Shown here piece after piece: positions 8,914 to 19,300 of a stretch of DNA of 60,440 bases. The notes under the pieces were generated by a model. The model ran no database searches. It saw only the letters and a program-made list of their open reading frames with translations, and was not told where the DNA came from. How positions within the stretch are numbered: position 1 is the first letter of the stretch; the number at the start of each line of letters is the position of its first letter. The stretch is taken from NCBI GenBank assembly GCA_045639255.1, contig JAZUCT010000007.1, positions 1 through 60,440 on the forward strand. Reading direction: 5' to 3'. The DNA comes from Clostridia bacterium (lineage in GTDB: Bacteria > Bacillota > Clostridia > Christensenellales > UBA1242). A program made the translations under genes and the position numbers.

Positions 8914-9327
8914 TTATAGATTTGCAAAAATAACAAGCAACACAATAAGAATTATTGAAAGCACCACAATAACAATAACATCGCCTTCAATTGCTTTAAT
9001 TGGAAATTTGGGTTTTGTTATGTTTTTTTTGTTTATGATTTTTTCGTTTTGTGGTTTAACTGTTTCTGCTTTTTGTGGTTTTGTTTTTATTGTTTGTTTT
9101 TTGTTTTGGTTGTTGTTTTGTTTTCTTATTGGTTTTGAAACATTGTTTTTGTTTAAAAATTTAAATGCAGAAACAACTTGCATTGTTTTTTCGGTTGCAA
9201 AGTTTTTATCGCCCTTATAAGTGTCGGGGTGATATTTTTTAATTAACTTTTTATAACTTATTTTAATTTGTTCGGCAGTTGCATCGGGTTTAACATTTAA
9301 AATTTTATAGCATTCTTCTTTTGTCAT
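8914..9327 (-). CDS. J-domain (DnaJ-like) protein with C-terminal membrane anchor
   Basis: YKILNVKPDATAEQIKISYKKLIKKYHPD (HPD motif), a Lys/Asn/Gln-rich linker, then a C-terminal hydrophobic helix. Confidence 0.75.
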   Translation of the reverse strand: MTKEECYKILNVKPDATAEQIKISYKKLIKKYHPDTYKGDKNFATEKTMQVVSAFKFLNKNNVSKPIRKQNNNQNKKQTIKTKPQKAETVKPQNEKIINKKNITKPKFPIKAIEGDVIVIVVLSIILIVLLVIFANL

Positions 9328-9336
9328 AATTCACCA

Positions 9337-9681
9337 CTATCTTTCTTCAATTTGTTTAATTTTTTTAAGCAATTTTTTGCGATTTGCACCTTCAAGGTTT
9401 GCAAAGTTATTAATTGCATCAACATTTTCGGTTTCAATTATTGCTTTTTCAAGTTTTTCAATTTCGGCACCAAAAACATCACGCGCAAATAAATATATAA
9501 GTTGAGCATTTCCACTTTTTATAACTATTTTTTGCAGTTGACTTGTTTCATCTTCACACTCAACTGCAAATTTATATGCAAGTGGTGCATTTTTTTCTTT
9601 AATAATTTTTGCTTTTATGGTTTCAAGTTGTTCAAAATCGTTATTTGAAAACGCTTGTTCAAATTGTTCTTCAAGTTCCAT
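9337..9681 (-). CDS. hypothetical helical protein (114 aa from ATG 9681)
   Basis: ORF with an AGGGAG RBS upstream of ATG 9681. The TTG at 9717 in the ORF track is less likely. No family recognised. Confidence 0.45.
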   Translation of the reverse strand: MELEEQFEQAFSNNDFEQLETIKAKIIKEKNAPLAYKFAVECEDETSQLQKIVIKSGNAQLIYLFARDVFGAEIEKLEKAIIETENVDAINNFANLEGANRKKLLKKIKQIEER

Positions 9682-9706
9682 AAAAATTAATACTCCCTGT
9701 TTTAAA

Positions 9707-10696
9707 TTAAAAATCAATTTCTTTCATTTCGTCTTCTGGCAAACTTGCAATAACTTCTGTGGCTTTGTTAATGAATTCGGTTTCAATTTTATCAATTGGC
9801 CCTTCAAACTGGAATGCACCAATTCCAGCACTTCCGCCACCACCAAAATACGAAGCAATTTCAACAACATCAACAGCACCTTTGCCCCTTAGCGAAACAT
9901 AATATTGCCCCGGTTGTTTTTCAATAAAGCATGCACAAATTTTAACATCTTCAATTGCAAGCCCACTATCAACAATGCCCATGCTATCTTCAAACACAGC
10001 AAAAGTTTGTGCAAAGTTTCGTTGTGTTATTTTCATGGTTGCAATGCTATCGTTGTTATAAAACCTTAGCGAACCAAATGCTTTTTGAGTAAGATAAATT
10101 TTTGATTTCGAGTTGTTTTGGAAAAAATAAACTTTAATTGCTTTATCATCAAAATTAAACTTTAATAACTCGGCAACACTGTGATAGGTGTGGCTGTTAA
10201 TTGAAATTTTGGAAAAACAATTTGTGTCGGTTATTATTGAAGTGTAAATAAGTTTTGCAATTGTGTCGGTTGGTTGAAAGTTAAACCTTTTCATTAACAA
10301 ATAAAGCACTTCGCCTGTTGAACTGAACTTTGGAAGCACAATGTTTGCTGTTCCGAACCAAGTGTTAGATGAATGATGATCTATGTTAATTATATGCTTA
10401 AAACCAGAAAGTTCATAACCGCCAAGTGCAATTCTGCCTTCGCTTGCACAATCCACACAAATTGCACATTCGTAACTTGTTAAGCGTGGATTGTTAAAAT
10501 TGCAAACACATAAATTTTCATAAGTTTCTTTGTTTTCATCTTTAATATCTAAAATAACATCAACTGTGTTTTTTGGGTTAATGCTTTCAAGCCACAGTTT
10601 TGTTACCATTGCAGAACAAATTGCATCGGCATCTGGTGCAGAGTGTGCAAATACAATAAAAGAGTTGCAATTTTGCAACACATCATAAAATCCCAT
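9707..10696 (-). CDS. DHH/DHHA1-family phosphoesterase (NrnA-like)
   Basis: AHSAPDADAICS, IDHH and C-terminal GGGGSAGIGAF motifs, 329 aa. Confidence 0.8.
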   Translation of the reverse strand: MGFYDVLQNCNSFIVFAHSAPDADAICSAMVTKLWLESINPKNTVDVILDIKDENKETYENLCVCNFNNPRLTSYECAICVDCASEGRIALGGYELSGFKHIINIDHHSSNTWFGTANIVLPKFSSTGEVLYLLMKRFNFQPTDTIAKLIYTSIITDTNCFSKISINSHTYHSVAELLKFNFDDKAIKVYFFQNNSKSKIYLTQKAFGSLRFYNNDSIATMKITQRNFAQTFAVFEDSMGIVDSGLAIEDVKICACFIEKQPGQYYVSLRGKGAVDVVEIASYFGGGGSAGIGAFQFEGPIDKIETEFINKATEVIASLPEDEMKEIDF

Positions 10697-10833
10697 AATT
10701 AAAATTCTCTCCTGTAAAAAATGTAAAAAATATTTATTTATGTTTATTTTTTACACATAATTATTATACCACAAAATCATATAATAAACAAACAAAACTT
10801 TTAACCTTTAAATTTAAAAAATTGTTTTAAAAA

Positions 10834-10863
10834 TTGACTTAATTATTTTATTAATGATATAAT
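10834..10863 (+). promoter_or_regulatory. sigma-A-type promoter candidate (TTGACT-18-TATAAT, TG-extended)
   Basis: Located about 50 nt upstream of the NfeD-SPFH operon. Confidence 0.4.
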
Positions 10864-10911
10864 TTATTTAGAATATAATATATTATTCAATATTTTAAAA
10901 GGAGTTTTGCT

Positions 10912-11346
10912 ATGCAATGGATGATTTGGGTTTGGCTTGCAGTTATTGTTATAAGCCTTGTGTTTGAATTTGTTTCTGTAAGTTTGGCTTCAATTTGGTT
11001 TGCCGTTGGCGCACTTGTTAGTTTAATTCTTGCCGCTTGCAAGGTTGAATTGATTTGGCAAATTGTTGTGTTTGTGCTTGTTTCACTTGTGTTCTTGCTA
11101 AGTTTCAGAAAACTTGCTTTAAAGTTTTTGTTCCGTAAGAATGAAGAAAAAACAAACAGTTCTGCATTAATTGGCCGTGAAGCTGTGCTAAAAGGCGAAA
11201 TTAATCAGTTTAACTCTGGAACAATTAAAATTGATGGTGTTGAATGGGCTTGCACCGCAAACAATGTTGGTGAAACAATTCCAGCAGGTTCTGTTGTTAG
11301 GGTTGAACAAATTAAGGGAAACAAACTTTTTGTTTCAAAAAAATAA
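10912..11346 (+). CDS. NfeD-family membrane protein
   Basis: Three N-terminal TM helices plus a C-terminal OB-like soluble domain (GEINQFNSGTIKIDGVEWAC). Immediately upstream of an SPFH gene. AAGGAG RBS. Confidence 0.8.
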   Translation: MQWMIWVWLAVIVISLVFEFVSVSLASIWFAVGALVSLILAACKVELIWQIVVFVLVSLVFLLSFRKLALKFLFRKNEEKTNSSALIGREAVLKGEINQFNSGTIKIDGVEWACTANNVGETIPAGSVVRVEQIKGNKLFVSKK

Positions 11347-11366
11347 AATAAAAGGAATTTAAAATT

Positions 11367-12314
11367 ATGAATTTATTATTGCTTGATGCATTCACAACTG
11401 CTGCAATTGTTATTGCCGTTATTGCTGTTGTTGTTCTTTTAATTATGGTTGCATGTTTAAGAATTGTTAAACAATCAACCGCTGTTATTGTTGAAAGATT
11501 GGGAAAATATAACAAAACACTTGATACTGGTGTTCACTTTATTTTGCCTTTCTTTGATAAAACAAGTGCACCTATTTCACTTAAAGAAAAGGTTGCAGAT
11601 TTCCAACCACAACCAGTTATCACAAAAGATAATGTTACAATGCAAATAGATAGCGTTGTTTATTTTCAAATAACTGATCCAAAACTTTTCACTTATGGCA
11701 TTGAAAGGCCACTTAATGCAATTGAAAACCTTACTGCAACAACTTTAAGAAATATTGTTGGTGAACTTGAACTTGATGAAACTTTAACTTCACGCGATAT
11801 TATTAACTCTAAAATGCGTGCAATCCTTGATGAAGCAACTGACCCTTGGGGAATTAAAGTTACCCGTGTTGAACTTAAAAACATTCTTCCACCAAAAGAT
11901 ATTCGCGATGCAATGGAAAAACAAATGCGTGCAGAACGCGAACGCCGTGAAGCAATTTTGCAAGCACAAGGTGAAAAAGAAAGTGCAATTCTTGTTGCGC
12001 AAGGTGAAAAACAAGCAAACATTTTAAGGGCAGAAGGCGAAAAAGAAAGTGCAATTTTAAGGGCAGAAGCAAAACGCGCTGAAATTTTGGCTGAATCAGA
12101 AGGAACTGCACAAGCAATTGTTAACATTATGAGTGCAAAACCAGATGCTGCATATTTAACTTTGCAAGGCTATGAAGCACTTAAACATGTTGCTGATGGA
12201 AATGCAACAAAACTTATTGTTCCAAGCGAACTTCAAAATGTTGCAAGTTTGTTTTCAACATTAACAGAAACAGTTCAAACTGCAAAAGAACCTGCAAAAA
12301 AGAAAACTAAATAG
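11367..12314 (+). CDS. SPFH/band-7 (stomatin-like) protein
   Basis: N-terminal TM helix, an SPFH core (IVERLGKYNKTLDTGVHFILPF...DNVTMQIDSVVYFQI) and a C-terminal AEGEKESAILRAE coiled-coil repeat. Confidence 0.9.
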   Translation: MNLLLLDAFTTAAIVIAVIAVVVLLIMVACLRIVKQSTAVIVERLGKYNKTLDTGVHFILPFFDKTSAPISLKEKVADFQPQPVITKDNVTMQIDSVVYFQITDPKLFTYGIERPLNAIENLTATTLRNIVGELELDETLTSRDIINSKMRAILDEATDPWGIKVTRVELKNILPPKDIRDAMEKQMRAERERREAILQAQGEKESAILVAQGEKQANILRAEGEKESAILRAEAKRAEILAESEGTAQAIVNIMSAKPDAAYLTLQGYEALKHVADGNATKLIVPSELQNVASLFSTLTETVQTAKEPAKKKTK

Positions 12315-12316
12315 TT

Positions 12317-12346
12317 AAAAAAGCAAGTTAATTCTTGCTTTTTTTG
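12317..12346 (+). terminator. rho-independent terminator
   Basis: AAAAAAGCAAG-TTAATT-CTTGCTTTTTTT. Confidence 0.65.
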
Positions 12347-12379
12347 TTTTATTATTAAAAGTTTGCATAAACTTTAACT

Positions 12380-13360
12380 ATGAATAATGAAATTTTTTAT
12401 TGGCCTTTAAAAGAAAAACTTGCATTAAAAAAGAACAAAGCAGAAATAACACTTGCAAGTTTTTTAATTAAAAAAGATATTAAACTTAAACATGTTAAAA
12501 GTTTGTTTAACTTGCCTTACAGCAAAGAAAATAACCCTTGTTTAACCTTTGATGTGCATACTCCAACAAACTTTTTATCACCTATGCCATGCATAATTTA
12601 TTTTCATGGCGGTGCATTGTTAAGTGGTGATAAAAGCATTTATACTTCTTTTTTAAAAAAACTTTGTAAGCTTGGGTTTGTTGTTTTTAATGTTAACTAT
12701 TCACTTATGCCCGAAGTGGAAATTGAAAACATTGTTTCAAATTGCGCTTGTGCTGTGAAACATATTGTTAAAAATTGCAAAAAATTTAACATTAACCCGC
12801 AAAAAATTGTTATGGGTGGCGATAGCGCTGGGGCTTACCTTGCATCGTTTTTAATAACTCAATTTCAAAACAAAAACTTTAAAACAAACCCACCAATTAA
12901 GTTTTGCGGTTGTTTTTTATATTATGGTTTGTTTGATTTAACAAAGTTTAACAAAAGCAAATTTCCAATTATAAAATCAATGCATTCGCGTTATGTTAAA
13001 CTTTTTGATAAGTATGAAAAACAAGAGTTTGATAAAATTAACCCAAACAAAAAATTTGTTTCGTGCGCAAAAAACTTTAAGAAAAGCAATTTGTATGCAT
13101 ATTATAAAAGTTATTCCACCACAACATACTTAACAAGCAAGTTTCCACCAACATTTGTGGCAAGTGGCAAAATTGATAAGTTGCACAATCAAACAAAGTT
13201 ATTTGTTGAAAAACTTAAAGAAAATAATGTGCCTGTTACGGCAGTTATTTTTGCACGCAACAGAGTTGATGCAAGGCACGCTTTTTTGAATGTTGAATTT
13301 TTGCCCAGTGCAAAAACTGCCTTTGCAACTCTTAAAGAGTTTCTGCAAAAAATAAAATAA
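12380..13360 (+). CDS. alpha/beta hydrolase (hormone-sensitive-lipase-like esterase family)
   Basis: HGGA oxyanion motif (IIYFHGGALLSGD) and GDSAGA nucleophile elbow, 326 aa. Confidence 0.75.
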   Translation: MNNEIFYWPLKEKLALKKNKAEITLASFLIKKDIKLKHVKSLFNLPYSKENNPCLTFDVHTPTNFLSPMPCIIYFHGGALLSGDKSIYTSFLKKLCKLGFVVFNVNYSLMPEVEIENIVSNCACAVKHIVKNCKKFNINPQKIVMGGDSAGAYLASFLITQFQNKNFKTNPPIKFCGCFLYYGLFDLTKFNKSKFPIIKSMHSRYVKLFDKYEKQEFDKINPNKKFVSCAKNFKKSNLYAYYKSYSTTTYLTSKFPPTFVASGKIDKLHNQTKLFVEKLKENNVPVTAVIFARNRVDARHAFLNVEFLPSAKTAFATLKEFLQKIK

Positions 13361-13387
13361 AAAAGCGAACAAATTGTTCGCTTTTTT
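13361..13387. terminator. bidirectional rho-independent terminator
   Basis: AAAAGCGAAC-AAATT-GTTCGCTTTT between the convergent esterase gene and giant gene 1. Confidence 0.65.
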
Positions 13388-13388
13388 G

Positions 13389-16300
13389 TTAGCCTGCATT
13401 AAGAACTGTTACTGAAACTTGTGCAGTTATTTTATCTGTTTTAACAACTTTACCGCTATCATCTTTAATTTCAATTGTGAAATTAAAAGTATGAATATCT
13501 TCTGTTGTTCCTTCTTTAATTGAAGTTGTGTATGAAACAGTGCTTTTTTCTGGATATTTGCTTTGATAATAATTTGTAACCACATCAACACAATCAAATT
13601 TTGATGGCATTGAAGTGTATTGAACCGTGTAACCCTTAGTTTCAAAGGTTATTGTTTCACAGTATGTGTTATCTGAAACCGTGCAATTATAAGTGTTATT
13701 TTGAGTTAAATCACCATTGCTATGAATTTCATAACTGTAACCAGATTTTAAAGTTCCAAACAATGCTTTTAATGCATTTTCTTTTTTAATTGAACCACCA
13801 TTATCAACAAGAACAAGTTCGTTTGATGTAACCATTGAGCTGTATCCAAAATCTGCAAATGGATAGTTGTCCACAAATCCAAGGTGCATATTGGTTTGTC
13901 CGCTATTATCTTTTTCAAAAACTTGAGTTGTTATTGGACTATTATTAGTGAAATTAACAGGATCATAATATGCATAAACGCTGTTATTCAAAATTGAATA
14001 TATTCCATTAAGCACCATAGTTCCTGTTTCGCAATAATATGTTGATGCATTCTTATTTGTCCATGTTGGATTAACATATGTTAATGCTAAGAATCCACCA
14101 TATCTTTCACTTATTGTTGTTAAATTTTTGGCAGAAGTTATGGTTTTAATTTTGTATATTTCATACATATTTTTGTTAATTGAAATATGGCTTCTTACTG
14201 AAAGTCCGTTAACTTCACAGGCTGTAAATCTTCCAGCTTCTTTACAAATTGTATAGTTGCCTGGAATCATGTAAGCCATACCTTCACTAAGATATTCAAC
14301 TGTTGAAGGAATAAATATAGCATTTTTTATTGAAGCAGATAATGAATATTTTCCAATTACTTTAACTCCACCACAAATATTAATATTTACATTTTCCATT
14401 CCTAAGCATGCCTTATCTGGCACAACAACACCTGTTATATAAAGATTTAGTGTTTTTGTTGACGGTGTCCAATAACTTGATAACTTAATATCTAAACTAA
14501 AATTAATACGATCATAGCTGTTTGAGTCTGGTGAGCAATTAACTGTTGCAGAATATTTTTTAGGTTCTTCTGACTTAAACACATCATAGAATGTGTAAGC
14601 AAAATTTTCATTTTCTGCACCATTTTCTTCATAAGTTGAAAGCGGCATTGTTAAATATTCAAGATTATTTGTGCCTGTAAATAGGCCTTTACCTATTTTA
14701 ATGGCTGTGTCCGCATCAATATTTGAAGTAAATCGTAATCTATCTGTATATTTATATTCAATAATTTCATCTTCTTTTGTTAAAAGTCTGGCACCGATAA
14801 CAACTTCGTTTAAGTTATTCATGTTACTGAATGCACCGTTGCCAACATATGTTAACACTGGGAAATAAACATTGTTAAGTGCAGTGTTTGTGAAAGCATT
14901 TGGCCCTAAATTTGATAAGGTTGTTAATGAGTTATATGCAACGCCATTAACTGTGTTTTTAATTAATGAAGTTAAATTTGCGCAACCTTGGAATGCTTTT
15001 TCTCTTATTATTGTAACTGCAGGTGCATATAATGTGGTTATGCCTATGCAACCATCAAATGCTGAAATTCCAATTGTTGTTGTTTTTGGCAATGATACGG
15101 CACCATTTGTGATTGCTGTATCATCTGTTACGCAAGCAACAGAAGTGTTGCCTTTAAATGCACCAGTGCCAATTGTTTGAACATTTGTTAAGCCAAGAAC
15201 CGCTTGAAGAGATTCTGCACCAGCAAATGTATATCTTTTAATTTCAGTGATTTTATTTAAGTTTGTAACCTTTTGAACAACTTTTGCACTGTTGAATGCG
15301 TATGCTTTAATTTGAGTGCAATTGTTATGAATAGCATAATTTAGTGTTTTGCTGTTATTTGCAAACATATAAAGAGTTGAATAATCTTGTGAATTATCTT
15401 CGTTATTGTTATATAATGCATCGAAATTATGTGTTAAATATTTTTCATTTTTTGAAACAAAACCAGATATATAAATATCCTTAAACACACCATAAACACC
15501 ATTATGTTCTGTATATTCTGTTACTCCACCGTTAACTGAGTTTATTTCGTTATCTCCAACATATTCAGGAATAAGAACTGGACGATCTTCATAACTGTTG
15601 TTCATTGCTGTTATTGTTGTTGATTTGGCGGTGTAAGTTCCTATTGCAAAGCTTCCAATAAAGTCAGAAGCATAATAAGTTTTAAGTGAAACTTCTTTTC
15701 CATATTCTTTTGAAACTAAGCCTTTTTCGTCTGAATTTCCGCCATAAATAAATTCAGTGTTTTGAAGTGTAGGCCAATGTTCTTTGTTTGCATATTCTAT
15801 TGTAGGGTCAAGGTCCACTGCAATAACTTGGTCGGTGTTATCCCTTACACTTACAACAAGTGGACTAAATGTATTTGTTACAAATTCTTCTGCAAGTTGT
15901 TCGTGGCTTACAGTTTTAAACTTGTTTTGTATATCTAAAAGGTCATCTGCAGATTTAAAATAACCACCAGATTGATAATTATATTTTATTTCAACATCAA
16001 CTTTAATATCGTTATCTAAGAATTTGCACTTACCGTTTCCAATAAAGTTGTTAACTTCGAAATATGCATTATTTTTACCTGTGATTTTTGGTTCACTTTT
16101 TGAAAGAATTGAAATATCGCCCAATTGAACAGATGAGTTATCTGATTGCCCTAAAAGAACACCAATGTTGTTATATTTTATTTCAGTATTATCGAAATCG
16201 TAGGTTTGTGCACCACCATTATCAAGTTTTCCATAGAAATCAATGTTACTTAATGTTAAGTTAACTGCGTTACCTACAAGTCCGCCAATATTGTTTTGTG

Positions 16301-19300
16301 CTTTTAAGGCGCCTGTGGTTTTATCGCTGCAAGAATCGTTTATTTCAACAATTGCTGTGTTGCTTACAAGCAAGTTAACAATTTTTGCAAATGCACCACC
16401 AGTTACCCTGCCAGTTGCACCAACAATTCCACCAAGGTTAACTTGTGCACCAAAAGTTTCAACTGCAATATGAACACCATTTGTTAAAACTGGAATTTCA
16501 ACTGTTGAAAGTGTTGTTTTTGAAGATTTTGATGGAGCAACATCAATCGAATTATCTGTTAAGATTGTTGAAGATTCAAGGTAACCAACAAGACCACCTG
16601 CATGAATATTTGTTAGTTTTGTGTTGTTTGCTTTAACATTAAGTTTATAATCTTCATCGGTTGAATAAATAAAACAATTGCTGAATGCTGTGCCATCTGT
16701 TGCATATGCAACAAGCAAGCCGATGTAAGCAGTGTTAAGTTCGTTGTTTTTTGTTGTTAATGATTGAATATTTTCTTCAACATTAATTTCTTTTTCAATG
16801 CGAACATTAACTTTATCGAACCACGCACCGTTTGACATTGCAAAAACTCCAAAGCAATGTTGTTCAACTTTATCGTCTTCGGCAATACTTTGCGAGCCAA
16901 CTTTTACTTGTGCAACATGAAGAGTTGATTTTGAATAATCATATTCACTGCCATATGAAGTATCGTTTGTGAACACAAAAGCAAAACCATTACCTTCAAC
17001 TGTGCCTGTGAATGGTTGTTCAATAATTCCTTGAACAACAATATCTTTTTCTAAGAATATATGTGCATCGCTTCTGTTATTAATTGCATTTTCAATTTCA
17101 TTCCAGCTTGAAACAGGAATTCTGAACAATTCAGTTCTTGAAGTTAATTCAATATATCTTAGTGAATTATCGGTATGACCTGTCCAAAGAACTTTGCTGA
17201 ATTTATCGTAAATTTTATTTTTTGAAGAATTATCTTCAACTCCAAGCGCCTCATCTGTTTTAACCATTTTTGCTGGGTGACAAAGTTTAATATCAACCCA
17301 ATCAAAGTTACCACTAACAACACCATCGATAACTGAAAAATCTTCGCCATTAACAAAATTACCATTAATATTTAAGCAATAATTAATCGTATCTCCATTC
17401 GAATCTGAATTATAGTTAAACATTTTTCCGTTATTATCAGTTTGGGTTGTTGAAGTTGAGAAAGAGTTTCCAAACATTATTGAAGTTGCATAGTTTTCAA
17501 CATAGGTTGTGCTTGTAGAACCCTTTGTTACTGCACCAATAAATGTGTTAAATGCATTACCCATTAAAATTGCTTGCTCATAATCGGCAAATAACCAGTT
17601 ATTAACTGCAACGCAATTTTGAACAATTCTTATGTTGTCATCAGAAGTGAATAGTGGTTCAAATTCTTCGTTTTCACTTTGATTTTCAAACAAAGCACCC
17701 TCTTTAATTAAAGAATCTTTATTTGCAACATGGCCAATAAAACCGCCAACAACTTCGGCAAGAACACTGCCAGATGCATAGGTGGTTGAAACTGAACCAT
17801 TAAGCAATCTGCCCACAGCACCGCCTGCAAATTTTGAAGTTTGATTTCGAACATCAATTTTTGAATAGCAATTTTTAATTTCGCCATGATTTAAGAAACC
17901 AACAATTCCGCCAATTGCTTGGTTAGTGCCTTTGAAATATGTTGTGTTTGCTGTGTTAGAAATTCTGCCAAGTTCAGTTTGTTCAACAAGTTTTTGTTGG
18001 CTATGTTCAATTTTTGACCTTTCAAGTGTTCCACGAAGTTCGCCCACAAGTCCGCCCGCAACTTTTGTTGCATAAAGCGAATTTTCACGGCTGGAAACTA
18101 AGTTATAGGCTGAAGAAACTTTTGTTTTTGCACCAACAAGACCAAATATTCCACCAACATTTTCGGCAAGAACACTTGCTGTGCCTGTTACTTGAACATC
18201 ATCAATATCGGTTTGAGAGTTAATGTTGCTTGAATCTGTTCCATAAACATCAACAATTCCACCAACTCCGCCTGCATAACTTAATTTATTTAAATCTGTG
18301 ATATTTGCAATAAAATATTTTGCTTCTGTGTCTGGATGATCTGGAATATTTTTTGTTGAATATGTTGCACTATATAGTGTGTAGCCATCTTCAACAATTT
18401 GATTGTTTCTGAATTCACTTGAAACACTGATTGAACTATCAAGGTTAACTGCCCTTGAACCGCCAAGCATTATTCCAAAAACACCACCAGTTATATTTTT
18501 GCCCACAGCAACAACATTTTTGCCTGAAACAGAAACATTAAGTAAGAATCCGTTTTCAACCTTACCAGCAACACCACCAACAATTGCAATGTTGTTGCCA
18601 TAAACTTCGGTGAATTCAAAGTTAAGGTTTTTAATTGTTGCACCATAGGTTGTGCGAAGAACTGAACCTTTAAATTGATTATCTGGGTTTCCGTTAAGTT
18701 CGCTGAAAAAACCAAGTGAATTTTGACCTTTAACCAAATTATTGGTGTTAACACGAATGTTTGAAATTGTCATTCCGTTTCCATCAAGTGCACCTTTGAA
18801 AATAACGCTTGCACTTGGTGAATTAACTAAGGTGTTATCGAATTCAATATCACAAACAAACCTTAAAATTGCATTAAGAACTTTGCGAGAAGATGTATCG
18901 TAAGTTCCATCGGCATGTTGTGTTTCATGTGTGGTTGTGTTTTTAATAACATTAACATAATCTTGTTGAGTTGCAATTATGTATGGGTTATTAATTGTTA
19001 ACATATCGCTTGTGCCGCTATAATTTGGAATTTCAGTTGTTCCACCGCGTTGTGGATAACCTGAAACAACACTTCCGCCAACCACGGTTTCGCCTGCAAT
19101 GTCGGTTTTTTCAATATAAACTTTTCGCATTGAAACAGTTATTTGATTTGCTGTTATAAGTTGTGGATATTCATGCATGCTTCCATCGTTAACATTTGTG
19201 TTAGGGCTTGCCATTTTCCAAATGTATTTATTTTCGTCAAGGTCAAAGTTTTTATCAGAATTAACAAACGAATATGTGTTAAAAGTTCCTTTTGATTGCA

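Noticed and set aside
8843-9220. 125-aa plus-strand ORF antisense to the J-domain gene.
   Set aside because: Phe/Cys/Leu-rich translation of the antisense of a Lys/Asn/Gln-rich linker. The J-domain frame has the HPD motif.
11693-12127. Several antisense or alternative-frame ORFs (69-144 aa) inside the SPFH gene.
   Set aside because: They are produced by the repetitive GAAGGCGAAAAAGAAAGTGCAATT coding repeats (AEGEKESAIL). The SPFH frame is clearly the real one.
13389-15330. Considered whether the C-terminal LRR/end domain of giant 1 is a diversity-generating-retroelement target or a phase-variable cassette.
   Set aside because: There is no reverse transcriptase, no template/variable repeat pair, and no invertible-segment inverted repeats or nearby recombinase in the window. 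The integrases at 51-54 kb belong to the tRNA-linked element.
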